From a virus, in the IMG/VR virus record IMGVR_UViG_3300028840_003687: 64,000 nucleotides of DNA. The stretch is one strand, 5' to 3'. Position numbers and translations under genes: made by a program. The notes under the pieces were generated by a model. It was given only the letters and a program-made list of their open reading frames with translations. It was not told where the DNA came from and searched no databases. Positions 63,738-64,000 of the stretch are shown piece after piece (position 1 is the stretch's first letter; each line of letters begins with the position of its first letter).

Positions 63738-63967
63738 GCATCACCGTACGAGCGATCATCGCAGTGAGCGACACCGACGGAGAGGCCTGCGTGGTGGGCT
63801 GGAATGTCCCCGGCGAGCTGACCCCGGGTGAATGGGAGACCATCCGCGAGGCGGCCGAGGCCGACGCGGTCGAGACGGGATTCCTCGTCGAGCGGCTCCT
63901 GCAGGTCGATATCGCGGTTCCGCCGCCCTCGAAGGCGACCGTCATGCGGATCGAGGACGAAGACTGA
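63734..63967 (+). CDS. small acidic hypothetical protein
   Basis: 77-aa ORF, ATGA overlap. Confidence 0.4.
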   Translation: MSITVRAIIAVSDTDGEACVVGWNVPGELTPGEWETIREAAEADAVETGFLVERLLQVDIAVPPPSKATVMRIEDED

Positions 63968-64000
63968 TTTTCCCCTTGCACCCTCACACGGCCTCACATA

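Noticed and set aside
1-64000. Prophage/integration features (integrase, CI-like repressor, attL/attR, host flanks)
   Set aside because: No tyrosine/serine recombinase motifs, no lambda-like repressor and no direct repeats at the window ends were seen; all large ORFs are phage-like.

Overview
The window appears to be most or all of the genome of a GC-rich tailed dsDNA phage with siphovirus-type morphogenesis genes. No integrase, repressor or canonical tRNA gene was found, so I do not call it a prophage. It is organised as three transcription blocks. Block 1 (1-8.0 kb, + strand) holds accessory genes: a SLOG/DUF2493 protein, an SPFH protein with small membrane proteins, an Rnl2-like ATP-dependent RNA ligase followed directly by a non-canonical tRNA-like element, and a secreted PEP-CTERM protein. 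Block 2 (8.0-54.4 kb, - strand) holds, in order: a second PEP-CTERM-like protein; replication genes (prim-pol/SF3 helicase, family-A DNA polymerase, ribonucleotide reductase, RecD-like and SNF2 helicases, an SSB-like protein); a lysis cassette (holin, overlapped i-/o-spanin, a separated M15 endolysin, and a PLA2-like protein further away); tail genes (tape measure, tail-assembly chaperone with a verified -1 frameshift site, HK97 gp10-like protein, major tail protein); head genes (major capsid protein, scaffold, XkdF-like protease, MuF-like protein, portal, and a tandem-repeat protein); and the terminase large subunit. Block 3 (54.9-64 kb, + strand) holds many small early-type genes plus an SprT-like protease and a C5-cytosine DNA methyltransferase. 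Each gene in block 3 is preceded by a conserved ~75-bp promoter/leader cassette (A-tract-CCYCTMAAG-N15/16-CCGATARG-...-CATAACAAACGGGAGCAAACC-ATG) present in at least 9 copies. Between blocks 2 and 3 lies an ~800-bp repeat-dense non-coding region (dyad TGCACATGAGTTGCTCATTTTGC and other repeats, 53.0-53.8 kb). It is flanked by an HTH protein and a TerS-like gene, and is probably an origin, pac or regulatory hub. A second array of five ~53-bp direct repeats sits at 56.6-56.9 kb. The most unusual content is the two convergent PEP-CTERM (exosortase-substrate-type) proteins carried by a phage, the RNA ligase + tRNA-like + metallophosphoesterase combination, and the highly stereotyped promoter cassette with a dispersed GCGCAACTC/GCAACTCATG motif. 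All calls rest on reading the sequence and recalled family motifs; no database search was run.
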